DNA of 64,000 bases, taken from NCBI GenBank assembly GCA_038279365.1, contig JAYODI010000002.1, positions 88,484 to 152,483 on the forward strand. Reading direction: 5' to 3'. A program made the translations under genes and the position numbers. Numbering within the stretch: position 1 is the first letter of the stretch; each line of letters opens with the position of its first letter. Shown here piece after piece: positions 19,247 through 28,767 of this stretch. Source of the DNA: Candidatus Latescibacterota bacterium (GTDB taxonomy: Bacteria; Latescibacterota; UBA2968). Below the pieces are notes generated by a model. The model ran no database searches, was not told the DNA's origin, and saw nothing but the letters and a program-made list of their open reading frames with translations.

Positions 19247-22200
19247 ATGGCTATTTGCACATTGATTCCCAACCGTTTTTTACGCCTTTTTTTATACTTC
19301 CAATGCGTTCTGTTTGGTTGCTTGGTACTTCCTGCACATGCACAACCCCAGTTGCAAATTGAATGGATATCCCAAGCATCGCCATTCACGTCAGACGCGA
19401 TGCAACAAAAATCGTATTTTGCCCGCAGACGAGAGTTTGTGCCTCTTAAAGCAGAATTACTCGACACATCAGAAGAACAACACACCTTACTCGTTTACAG
19501 AGACTTAGGTGGCAGGCCTTATGGGTTACCGGCAATTATCTCACTTAAAGACTTTTCAAATTATCGCTTTCAAAGTGAAACCAAACAAATTCTTCACAAA
19601 AGAGTCGGTGAAAAAGTAACCGTCAATTCCGACAGTGAAGGTTTGCTCAATGTAGACATTCCCATTCGTGTTCCCAGAGGCCTCAGTGCCATTACAGGTG
19701 AAGGCGAAACCAATCTCACCATCACGGGGCGCCGGCGCATTGAACTTTCGGGCTTAAGCCAATATACATTGGGCCAAGCCCAATCGGCCACCACCCGTAC
19801 ATCGCGTTTTCCAACCATCAACTTTGAACAAGAATCACAACTTACCGTTGAAGGTACCATTGGTGATCGTCTTACCCTGCAGCTCGAACAAAACAGTGGC
19901 AGTGCCGTAGATTTAAGCGAATCTCTTCGGCTTCAATACCGTGGCGATGAAGATGGAATTATCGACGTGATTGAAGCCGGAAACACGTCATTGTCTCTTC
20001 CAGGTACACGTCTTATCGGTTTTAGCGCACAAGGCCGTGGTGGTTTATTTGGCATCAAAGCACGTGGTAAAGTGGGTGCCGTTAACTTCACTTTGGTGAC
20101 GTCACAAGACAAAGCCTCAAGCAACCGAAAAACTTTTCAAGGTCAATCAGAAGCCGTTTCTTATGCCATTGAAGATTATCGCTACCTCGAAGACCAATAC
20201 TTTTTTCTCGACGAAGTCTACCGAGAAAATTTTCGCAATGGTGTTCCCCCAACCGAAGCAGACCGCGTCAATGTACAAAGTGTGCGTGTGTTTTTAAATG
20301 ATTTCAATCCTCAAAACGATATTGAAGATTCGGCCATTCCCGGTGTTGCTTATGCCTTTTGGCGCAATGGCCAACCCGATTTGGCCACCTCTCAACAATT
20401 TGACAAAGGGTCTGAAGAAGGCTCTTTTCATGAACTGTCTCCCAACGATTTCACAATTTTCCCCGAAGGCTACCTCATATATGAACGGGGGCGCATCAAC
20501 GCAAGTTTTACCCTCGCCGTAGCTTATCAAACCAATGACGGCCGCAATTTTGGCGACATCCAATTTATCCCTGACCCCAACGACAACACCAAACGTATCC
20601 AACTCAAACTGCTTAAAGCCAACCAACAACGCCCCACCCATCCAACGTACAAACTCTCGTGGCGAAATGTTTACAGCCTCGGTGGGCGCCAAATTCCACC
20701 AGAAGGCCTTGCTGTAGGCATCTACAGAGAAGCACCAGGTGAAGAACCCATCGACAACCAAGAAGGCGTTCCTTACCTCCAAATTTTTAACCTCGACCGC
20801 CACACCAATGGGTCATCGGCATCTTCTCCTCCTGATAACATCATTGATATTGACGGTGGCAACAACATCCCTGGTTTGTTGTTGCAACGCGGGCATTTGG
20901 TATTTCCCTTTCTCGAACCCTTTGGAGAATCGGGTCTAGGCGCGCCCGATTTGACAGAAGACAAACGGGTGCCCAAAATTTATTCGGAAACCAACCAGGC
21001 CAACCGTGCAGAAGCAAGCTTGTACACCATTCGCGTACGGTCTGCCAGTGGGTCTACTGAAATCAATTTGGGCTTCAACATCATTGAAAACAGTGAAATC
21101 ATACGCCTAAACAACCGCAACCTCGAACGTGGCAAAGATTATAACATCGACTACACGTTTGGCCGCATTACATTTATTGGCGAAGCCCAAGCCGCAGTAG
21201 CCGATCCCACAGCAGACCTCGATGTCAGCTACCAAAACTCCGACCTGTTTGGTTTTGGACAATCCAAAAGCTTGTTGGGTGTTCGCCTCGAACGCCCCTT
21301 TGATGATCAATATTCCCTCATAGGGATGACCTTGCTTTACAGCAACCAAAGCACACCCTCTCAACGCATTCGCGTTGGACAAGAACCAGCTCGCACCATC
21401 ATTTGGGATGCCAACGCCCGTTTTCGCTTTAAACCTCAAACACTTACAGATTGGGTCAATTCCATCCCACTGGTAAATACCCAAGCCCCCTCATCTATCG
21501 ATCTCGATTTTGAAATTGCCCAAAGTTTGCCCAATCCCAATACCAAAAATGTGGCTTATATCGATGATTTTGAAGGTGCCGAAAACAGCCAATCTTTCCA
21601 AATAGGCAAAATTGTTTGGTCACATGCCAGCACACCAACACGCAACAATGCCACAATAAACACACCTAAGGGCCGTTTAACATGGTACAATCCAGTAGAA
21701 AGAGATCGGGCAGCCCTAACCCAAATACAACCCAACAGAGACGACATTACCGTCGATCAAAATATTGTTGATATTTTGTCTATGCGTTTTGACCCTGCCC
21801 GTGGCAATGCCCCCCCCTATCACGTCACATACGACTCAAACAGACCGCCCCAGCAATCGTGGGCAGGTATCATGCGCAACCTTAATGGCCTGGACTTGTC
21901 TCGTGCCAAATTCCTCGAACTCTGGATTCGCGGTGACGATGGCCGCCTCCACATCGACTTGGGTGAAATTTCTGAGCGCATTGCATTGCCGTTGGATCAC
22001 CCAATTTTTAACGACCCGAACAACCGCGAGTTATATCCCAATGGATTCCGCACAGAGGACGACCCCTTAGGCAGTTTGCCCACAGGTGATGATGTGGCAA
22101 GCCCAGAAGAAGACATCGGTTTAGACCGTCTTACCGATGACGAAGAACGCAACATTTTTAGCCAGATTTGGCCTGGGCTTTCCATTCCAGACGATCCATC

Positions 22201-25200
22201 TGGTGACAACTTCCAAGATGTTAGCCGTACATCCACCAATATTTTAGACCGTTATCCCCCAGGTCTAAATGGCACATCGGGCAACAATACCGAGCGAAAC
22301 AGCCGCCCTGACAGCGAAGATCTCAACAGCAACGGTTTTCTCGATACCCGCGAAAGTTTCTTAAGATACAGTGTCGATCTTTCTACCAATATGGGCTACT
22401 CTCCTACCACACGGGGTTATAATGGCCCTTCTGTTCTTGTTCCTGGCACAGAATCCAATGCATTTATTGAATTGGGTGGGGCATCCAATCCGCCGTGGCG
22501 TCTTTTGCGCATCCCACTCAAAGGCCAAGAAGCCCCTCGCACCCAAGAAGGTTCTCCAGATACCACTTTTTCGGGTGCCATAGACTACGTTCGCTTTTGG
22601 ATCGAACACAACGACACCACCACCGTAGAGCTATACACCTTTAAGGCCGTCGGTAGCGATTGGCAAGAAGATCCCACCCATGTGGGTTATCAATCGGGTG
22701 ATTTCCAAATCGCCACCATCGGAACAGACAACAGCTTCTATCTTCCCCCACCCAGCTTAGAACGCGAAATTGACCCCGCAACAGGTGTTCGCCTTTCAGA
22801 ACACTCTCTCTCTTTGGAGTTTACAGATCTCTTCCCTGGCGATGCCATATCGGCCTCCCGCAATTTTTTACAAAATGCAGACTATACCCGCTATGGCACA
22901 CTCACCATGTTCATTCATGGGGGTAATCCTGCAGATCCAACTTATACCACAAACTTCCCTTCAGCAGGTGATTCACTGGTCACTGGCCTAAGCCCTGTGG
23001 AAGCATTTTTGAGATTTACACCCATCAACGACGACACAACCAACTTTTACGAATACCGTTCACGCGTGTATCGCGGATGGGACACCGAAGCCAACACCGT
23101 CAAAATCAACCTTGAACTTATGTCACAGCTCAAAGGACAGCTTTTAGATTTACAAAGCACAACCCAAGTGACCGATACCATTGTGGTCTCACTACAGCAA
23201 GGCGATTTTGAAGCTTTTTATGAAAAAGAACGCAACCAAATCCAAACCCAGTTTGAAGGCAGCACCTATATTGTGCGCGGCACACCAGCCTTGTCTCAAA
23301 TCAAAGCTTTTACAGTGGGTGTTCGCAACAGAGGCGACAATATTTTATTGGGTAAAAATGAGGTCTGGTTTGACGAATTACGCGTAGACAATATTCGAAA
23401 AAAATCTGCTTTTTCAGCAGTAGTCGATATGCGTACCACCCTCTCAGATTTGGGAAATATCACCATAAACGTTGAAAGACGAAGCGGTGACTTTCAGGAC
23501 CTCCAAGGTAATGCTTCGGGCAATACCACCAATCGTTTAAACTTCGACAGTTCCATAAATGTCGATAAATTCCTACCAGAAGAATGGAACACAACCATTC
23601 CCATTCGATTTAGTTATAACCGCTTCACATCGGTACCCAGAATCAGACCAGGGTCCGACATTGTGCTCACCCCCCAACAAAGAAATAATGAAAACGATGT
23701 GCGAAGCCAAACCCGCTTTAACATCTCTTGGCGCAAACGACCCGCCATTGAAAAACCCCGCATTGCCTCAAGACTGTTCTTTGACAAAATCAATACATCG
23801 CTTAACTATAGCTCTGATGCATCTACCTCTGGTGCCATCACACAAAGACGCAGTTCAACAAACCAAAACGTCAATGGTACCTTTAGTTACAGCCAAACAT
23901 GGGCACAAAAAAATGAGATTCGACCCTTTAAGTGGTTTCCCCTACTAAAACCCCTTAAAGAAGCCCAATTCTTTTATGTGCCATCAAACTTTAATTACAC
24001 CTCTCGCTTCACCCGTGGCAAAAGCAACAACCTCTCATTTCGCGCCGTTGGCGGGGATACGTCAAACGTCATTGACACCGATACCGAAAACTTTACGCTG
24101 AACGAAGATTACCGCTTTAGTTATTCCCCCTTTCGGAGTATGTCTACAGACTATTCCTTAAGCATAGACCGCGATTTGCGCAATGGATTCTCCTTGGCAG
24201 AACTTCAATTTGGCCGAGAAACGTCGCGTAGCCAAACGATTAACGTGCGTTATTCCCCCAATATTTCTCGGTGGATACGCATAGACCCTTCCTATTCGGC
24301 CAACTACAGGGAACAACTCGAAACAGGTGGGCAACGCACTCAGTTGGGCAGTGTGCGAAAAGGCATCACCGTAAATATGCAAACATCTACCCAAGCCCGA
24401 TTAAGCTTTAACTTACCCAGCCTTTTCCAAACCCTTACCCGCGGGGCTTCACGTGACACCACTTTTTCCATTCTCAAAATGGTCGGCAAAGTGGGTGGTT
24501 CTATTCAGCAAATCCAGTCCAGCGTCACACGTACCAAAACGTTCAATGCCTTTGGCCTTACCGAACGCCCCTCAATGGCTTACCAATTTGGTCTTAAAGA
24601 TTCGGCTGAAGTGACTTCCATTAACACAGGCTCAGGCACACGCACCAACACCCAATCCATTCGCGATCAAGCCCAAGCATCTACGGGCATCCGTTTGCCA
24701 TTGGGGTTAAGCCTAAATACCACAGCCAATTATTCACAAAGCCAAGACATTGGCAACACCCGAACCAAAAGTGATCAACTCACCTACCCCAAAATAGATG
24801 TGGTTTGGAGAGGCTTAGAAAAAATACCGCTTATGAGGTTCATTTGGACCAGTTCCAGTGCCAATTTTGGTTACCAAGAGGGCCATACCAGGCAAGGTGA
24901 TGGCGGTCTCGACAACCAAACCATCACCAGTGACACACGCGAAAAAGCATTTAACCCCCTCTTCCAGTGGACAGCCCGCTGGAAAGGCGATATCAATACG
25001 TCTTTGCGCAGCAATACCAGCGAGCAAAACACCATCCGTTATCAACGCAATGTCACTTCCGACACATCTACCGTGCGCCCCACACTACAAGACCGCCTCA
25101 TTGGTACAACCATCACAGATCAAAATGGCATGCAAGCCGACATGAGTTATTCTTTAAGAGGGCGCTTCCAACGCAGTCTCGAATTAAACCTGAGCTTTCA

Positions 25201-25435
25201 ATTAGGCGCAAATAAACAATCCGAACTACAACGCAGTGCCTCAGACACACCAGCTGAGCCAATTGTTCGCCAAGACAGCAGCAACTGGTCTTTAAGCCTG
25301 GGAACCCAATATGCCTTTAGCACCCGCTTTACGGGGGGGGCAAATTTCCGTCACGAACGGCGCAAAGACCGTATCCGCGATTTGACCAATGTGGCTTGGG
25401 ACTTTCGTTTTTGGGGTGAGATCGGATTTCAGTAA
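19247..25435 (+). CDS. sprA: SprA-like giant outer-membrane beta-barrel (T9SS translocon family)
   Basis: 2062 aa with signal peptide; SprA-typical motifs L.Y.GDED.II..IEAGN.SL.LP, GLFGIK, RNVY.LG, G.DY.IDY..G.I, AYIDDFEG, W.GIMR, LHIDLG.ISE, EDLN.NG.LD, VWFDELR; beta-strand C-terminus ending EIGFQ. Confidence 0.85.
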   Translation: MAICTLIPNRFLRLFLYFQCVLFGCLVLPAHAQPQLQIEWISQASPFTSDAMQQKSYFARRREFVPLKAELLDTSEEQHTLLVYRDLGGRPYGLPAIISLKDFSNYRFQSETKQILHKRVGEKVTVNSDSEGLLNVDIPIRVPRGLSAITGEGETNLTITGRRRIELSGLSQYTLGQAQSATTRTSRFPTINFEQESQLTVEGTIGDRLTLQLEQNSGSAVDLSESLRLQYRGDEDGIIDVIEAGNTSLSLPGTRLIGFSAQGRGGLFGIKARGKVGAVNFTLVTSQDKASSNRKTFQGQSEAVSYAIEDYRYLEDQYFFLDEVYRENFRNGVPPTEADRVNVQSVRVFLNDFNPQNDIEDSAIPGVAYAFWRNGQPDLATSQQFDKGSEEGSFHELSPNDFTIFPEGYLIYERGRINASFTLAVAYQTNDGRNFGDIQFIPDPNDNTKRIQLKLLKANQQRPTHPTYKLSWRNVYSLGGRQIPPEGLAVGIYREAPGEEPIDNQEGVPYLQIFNLDRHTNGSSASSPPDNIIDIDGGNNIPGLLLQRGHLVFPFLEPFGESGLGAPDLTEDKRVPKIYSETNQANRAEASLYTIRVRSASGSTEINLGFNIIENSEIIRLNNRNLERGKDYNIDYTFGRITFIGEAQAAVADPTADLDVSYQNSDLFGFGQSKSLLGVRLERPFDDQYSLIGMTLLYSNQSTPSQRIRVGQEPARTIIWDANARFRFKPQTLTDWVNSIPLVNTQAPSSIDLDFEIAQSLPNPNTKNVAYIDDFEGAENSQSFQIGKIVWSHASTPTRNNATINTPKGRLTWYNPVERDRAALTQIQPNRDDITVDQNIVDILSMRFDPARGNAPPYHVTYDSNRPPQQSWAGIMRNLNGLDLSRAKFLELWIRGDDGRLHIDLGEISERIALPLDHPIFNDPNNRELYPNGFRTEDDPLGSLPTGDDVASPEEDIGLDRLTDDEERNIFSQIWPGLSIPDDPSGDNFQDVSRTSTNILDRYPPGLNGTSGNNTERNSRPDSEDLNSNGFLDTRESFLRYSVDLSTNMGYSPTTRGYNGPSVLVPGTESNAFIELGGASNPPWRLLRIPLKGQEAPRTQEGSPDTTFSGAIDYVRFWIEHNDTTTVELYTFKAVGSDWQEDPTHVGYQSGDFQIATIGTDNSFYLPPPSLEREIDPATGVRLSEHSLSLEFTDLFPGDAISASRNFLQNADYTRYGTLTMFIHGGNPADPTYTTNFPSAGDSLVTGLSPVEAFLRFTPINDDTTNFYEYRSRVYRGWDTEANTVKINLELMSQLKGQLLDLQSTTQVTDTIVVSLQQGDFEAFYEKERNQIQTQFEGSTYIVRGTPALSQIKAFTVGVRNRGDNILLGKNEVWFDELRVDNIRKKSAFSAVVDMRTTLSDLGNITINVERRSGDFQDLQGNASGNTTNRLNFDSSINVDKFLPEEWNTTIPIRFSYNRFTSVPRIRPGSDIVLTPQQRNNENDVRSQTRFNISWRKRPAIEKPRIASRLFFDKINTSLNYSSDASTSGAITQRRSSTNQNVNGTFSYSQTWAQKNEIRPFKWFPLLKPLKEAQFFYVPSNFNYTSRFTRGKSNNLSFRAVGGDTSNVIDTDTENFTLNEDYRFSYSPFRSMSTDYSLSIDRDLRNGFSLAELQFGRETSRSQTINVRYSPNISRWIRIDPSYSANYREQLETGGQRTQLGSVRKGITVNMQTSTQARLSFNLPSLFQTLTRGASRDTTFSILKMVGKVGGSIQQIQSSVTRTKTFNAFGLTERPSMAYQFGLKDSAEVTSINTGSGTRTNTQSIRDQAQASTGIRLPLGLSLNTTANYSQSQDIGNTRTKSDQLTYPKIDVVWRGLEKIPLMRFIWTSSSANFGYQEGHTRQGDGGLDNQTITSDTREKAFNPLFQWTARWKGDINTSLRSNTSEQNTIRYQRNVTSDTSTVRPTLQDRLIGTTITDQNGMQADMSYSLRGRFQRSLELNLSFQLGANKQSELQRSASDTPAEPIVRQDSSNWSLSLGTQYAFSTRFTGGANFRHERRKDRIRDLTNVAWDFRFWGEIGFQ

Positions 25436-25511
25436 ACTGGATACGACCGTCAAAATAATGCCAGTATCTTTTTTATAGACCCATAAATTTTTTCCAACCA
25501 ATGGTCTGGTT

Positions 25512-25901
25512 ATGTTTACCTTTAACCGCAACGAACAAATCGTATTGCTCATGCTCTCTCTGGCACTTTTGGCAGGAATTGTGGTCAGTTATTTAGATCG
25601 CACAGACTCCGATGCCATTCGCGATTTTGATGTCAAAAAAAACGCCATACCCGTTCCCGAAATGCCAGAGGTAACACACCAAGAAGATCTTCAAAAAACA
25701 CTCTTGATAGACATCAATTCTGCCACGGAAAAAGACTTTCAAAAACTTCCCGGAATTGGCCCATCAATCGCCCAACGCATTGTTGCCTATCGTTTGCAGA
25801 TCGGCAAATTCAATACAGTTGACGATCTAACAAATGTAAGCGGTATTGGTCCCAAAACACTCGAACGCCTACGTATAAACCTCACCATCAATCAACCATG
25901 A
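25512..25901 (+). CDS. comEA: ComEA family helix-hairpin-helix DNA-binding protein
   Basis: N-terminal TM; IDINSA, LPGIGPSIAQRIV.YR, V.GIGPKT. Confidence 0.9.
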   Translation: MFTFNRNEQIVLLMLSLALLAGIVVSYLDRTDSDAIRDFDVKKNAIPVPEMPEVTHQEDLQKTLLIDINSATEKDFQKLPGIGPSIAQRIVAYRLQIGKFNTVDDLTNVSGIGPKTLERLRINLTINQP

Positions 25902-26755
25902 AACAATTTACCAGCTTGCACCTTTCTAATGACCATGTGCGTTTGTTGTCACTTACGCGCCAACGCAACAGCTGGTCTTGCGATGCGGGTCACATTGTTT
26001 CCATGTCTAATGATGCTTGCCCGCCAAACCTGAACCAGATAGATATCCCCTCCTTGCTTCCCAAAACGTCAGGTTCCTTGGTGATCACTTTGGGAGGAGG
26101 ATTTTTTCATATCCAAAAAGTGCCCCTCGAAGTGGCTTCTGAATCCGACAGAATTGCCCAAATCTACTGGGAAGCCAGTCAGGTGCTAATCGATCCACCA
26201 GAGCACTATGTTGTAGACTTTCTACCCGCTGGTCGCGTTGCATTCTGGACGGCCATACGCAAAGAAATTACCGAAAATTATAGCCAGCACTTTTTAGAAT
26301 TGGGGTTTGAGACCATCACATTTGTACCGGAACCTCTCGCACTTTTGGGGTTGTGCAAAAACACCAAAACCCACCAAAATCACGGGGCAATATGGCTGGG
26401 ACAAACATGGGGGTCTTTTGTTGCACAAAACAATCAGACCTTAACGACAATTGAAACGGTATATTTAAACAACAAAGCGCACAATGATCCAAGAAACTTA
26501 TCCCAAATCAAACACTGGATTCAGGGCGACCTCAACACCGAACGACGGCGCCCCGCATTTGAACAAGTCCTTCTTTGTGGCGAAACACAACCCCTTGCCA
26601 CATTATCAGAATCTTTATCGGAATTTAAGACACCGCGTATTGTTTCATTTCAACTGTCAGACTACTTAAAAAGTATTTCCATTGACGAAGAAATCAACCA
26701 AGAAGCAGATACCTTTGCTCTTGCACTTGGGGCAGCAATGGTTCAGGCCCAATAA
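25898..26755 (+). CDS. Divergent PilM/FtsA-like actin-fold protein
   Basis: IYWEA..L, VVDF, VPEPLAL, VLLCGE, FALALGAA echo the PilM layout; 4-bp overlap with comEA. Confidence 0.5.
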   Translation: MKQFTSLHLSNDHVRLLSLTRQRNSWSCDAGHIVSMSNDACPPNLNQIDIPSLLPKTSGSLVITLGGGFFHIQKVPLEVASESDRIAQIYWEASQVLIDPPEHYVVDFLPAGRVAFWTAIRKEITENYSQHFLELGFETITFVPEPLALLGLCKNTKTHQNHGAIWLGQTWGSFVAQNNQTLTTIETVYLNNKAHNDPRNLSQIKHWIQGDLNTERRRPAFEQVLLCGETQPLATLSESLSEFKTPRIVSFQLSDYLKSISIDEEINQEADTFALALGAAMVQAQ

Positions 26756-26758
26756 CTT

Positions 26759-27586
26759 ATGGATAAAAAAACCAATACATCACGACCCAAACGCCCCCAA
26801 TCCAATGCAGACTTCACGCGCCTTATCCATGAAATAAAACGCCTCAACGAGTCGGTAACACGCATTGAACAACGCTTAAACAAAATAGAAGAAAATCAGC
26901 AAAATCAGCTCTCGACAACGATTATCCGAGACATCAAAGAAACACACGACCGGGTTTTTAAAGAAGCCATTAGCAACGCGAGAGAGCACAAAGAAATTCT
27001 TGAAATCCTTGCCAAACTGAGAACGAAGCAAAAAGAAACCGAACAATCAAAAACACCTCCCCCACAAACACGTGAAGACATTCCGGAATCGCAAAAACGT
27101 GTAGGTATTTTTGTGGATGTGCAAAATATATTCTATGCATCCAAGCAGTTTAACTCTCGTTTAGACTTTGATAAGTTGCTCAAAATTTCTGTAGGATCCA
27201 GGCGATTGATTAGAGCCATCGCTTATGTGGTACAATCACCCGAAGTAGACCAAAGTAGCTTCATTTCCATGCTACAACAAAAAAGTTACGAAGTACGTCG
27301 CAAAGATTTAAGACAACGCAGTGATGGCTCTGCCAAAGGCGATTGGGACATGGGTATGGCCATTGATGTCATGCGTTTTGTCAACACACTCGACGTGGTT
27401 GTTTTGGTCAGTGGAGATGGCGACTTTGTCTCATTGGTTAACTTGGTTAAAACCATTGGCCCCCGCGTAGAAGTTATTTCTTTTTTGCACAATACGGCCA
27501 GAGATCTCATCAACAGCGCCGACAAACACATTCCCATAGAAAACGAACTGCTCTTAAAAAATGGCTCACCAATAGATGTGCCCTAA
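26759..27586 (+). CDS. NYN (LabA/DUF88) PIN-like domain protein with N-terminal coiled coil
   Basis: IFVDVQNIFY, KGDWDMGMAID, LVSGDGDF. Confidence 0.9.
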   Translation: MDKKTNTSRPKRPQSNADFTRLIHEIKRLNESVTRIEQRLNKIEENQQNQLSTTIIRDIKETHDRVFKEAISNAREHKEILEILAKLRTKQKETEQSKTPPPQTREDIPESQKRVGIFVDVQNIFYASKQFNSRLDFDKLLKISVGSRRLIRAIAYVVQSPEVDQSSFISMLQQKSYEVRRKDLRQRSDGSAKGDWDMGMAIDVMRFVNTLDVVVLVSGDGDFVSLVNLVKTIGPRVEVISFLHNTARDLINSADKHIPIENELLLKNGSPIDVP

Positions 27587-27622
27587 TTGAGCGTTCTCAC
27601 TTTTTTCAACAGTGATAAAATC

Positions 27623-28621
27623 ATGTTTGTAGATCAAGTTAGAGTATATGCACGTTCAGGCAATGGTGGCAATGGCAGTCACAGTTTTCGGCGTGAAAAA
27701 TTTGTTCCCCGTGGAGGCCCCGATGGTGGTGATGGTGGTGACGGTGGTGATGTGGTCTTCGTTGTTGACCCTCGCCTCAATACCTTACTCGACTTTCGTT
27801 ACCAACAACACATCAATGCCAAACACGGCGAACATGGTGCCAAACAAAAAAAAACCGGCAAACGCGGTGAAGACGCCCTTATTCCCGTCCCTCCTGGCAC
27901 ACTCATTAAAGACGGTGAAACGGGTGAAATTTTGGCCGACTTGTTAGATGAAAATCAACGAGAAGTCATTCTGAAAGGCGGTCGAGGCGGTCGAGGGAAT
28001 GTACATTTTGCAACCCCCACAAACCGTGCGCCCGAACGCGCAGACTTAGGTCACGAAGGTCAAGAACGTTATCTGGAATTGGAACTCAAACTCATCGCAG
28101 ATGTCGGCCTTGTTGGGCACCCCAACGCTGGCAAATCAACCTTGCTCTCTCGCATGTCTTCTGCCCACCCCAAAATAGCCAACTACCCCTTCACAACTTT
28201 ACAACCCAACTTGGGCATTGTCAAATACGACACCTATGAAAGCTTTGTCATGGCCGACATTCCCGGTCTGATAGAAGGCGCGCACACAGGAAAAGGTTTG
28301 GGCATACAATTTTTACGACATGTAGAACGAACACGTATCCTCTTGTTCATGATCGATGTCACCAGCCCCGATCCCCAGCACGATTTAGAAATATTAAAAA
28401 ACGAACTCAAACATTTTAGTCCACACTTACTCGAAAAACCCAGCCTGCTCATTGCCACCAAAATAGATCAATTACCTCCCGAAGAACACAAAGGGCCTTT
28501 TTTGGATGGCCAAACTGATCTGGGTATTTCATCGGTCACGGGTGCGGGCATTCCTGCACTCATTCGCTACCTGGGTCAAAAAGTAGGTGAAAGTCGAGAA
28601 CAGACAGAACCTTTCGCTTAA
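27623..28621 (+). CDS. obgE: GTPase ObgE/CgtA
   Basis: MFVD, FRREKFVP.GGPDGGDGG, GHPNAGKS, YPFTTL.PNLG, DIPG, TKID. Confidence 0.97.
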   Translation: MFVDQVRVYARSGNGGNGSHSFRREKFVPRGGPDGGDGGDGGDVVFVVDPRLNTLLDFRYQQHINAKHGEHGAKQKKTGKRGEDALIPVPPGTLIKDGETGEILADLLDENQREVILKGGRGGRGNVHFATPTNRAPERADLGHEGQERYLELELKLIADVGLVGHPNAGKSTLLSRMSSAHPKIANYPFTTLQPNLGIVKYDTYESFVMADIPGLIEGAHTGKGLGIQFLRHVERTRILLFMIDVTSPDPQHDLEILKNELKHFSPHLLEKPSLLIATKIDQLPPEEHKGPFLDGQTDLGISSVTGAGIPALIRYLGQKVGESREQTEPFA

Positions 28622-28680
28622 AAAACACGGCACATAACGTTCATCCCAAAACAAAAAATTGAAACAAGTTTTCAATTCAC

Positions 28681-28716
28681 AGTCTCCCAATTCAATAAAA
28701 TTGGGAGACTTTTTTT
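28681..28716 (+). terminator. Intrinsic terminator after obgE
   Basis: agtctcccaatt-caataa-aattgggagact followed by T-tract. Confidence 0.8.
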
Positions 28717-28731
28717 GGCATACCAATTGCA
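28716..28731 (+). promoter_or_regulatory. Sigma54 (-24/-12) promoter of dprA
   Basis: TGGCAT-ACCAA-TTGCA: GG 28717-18, GC 28729-30 (GG-N10-GC), followed by RBS aaggagg and ATG 28768. Confidence 0.75.
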
Positions 28732-28767
28732 CAACCATGGTTGATTCTTTTTAAGGAGGAACCCACC

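Noticed and set aside
26759..27586. NYN protein as a toxin or defence nuclease
   Set aside because: Looks like the widespread LabA/DUF88 type, sits beside obgE, and has no antitoxin or defence neighbours.
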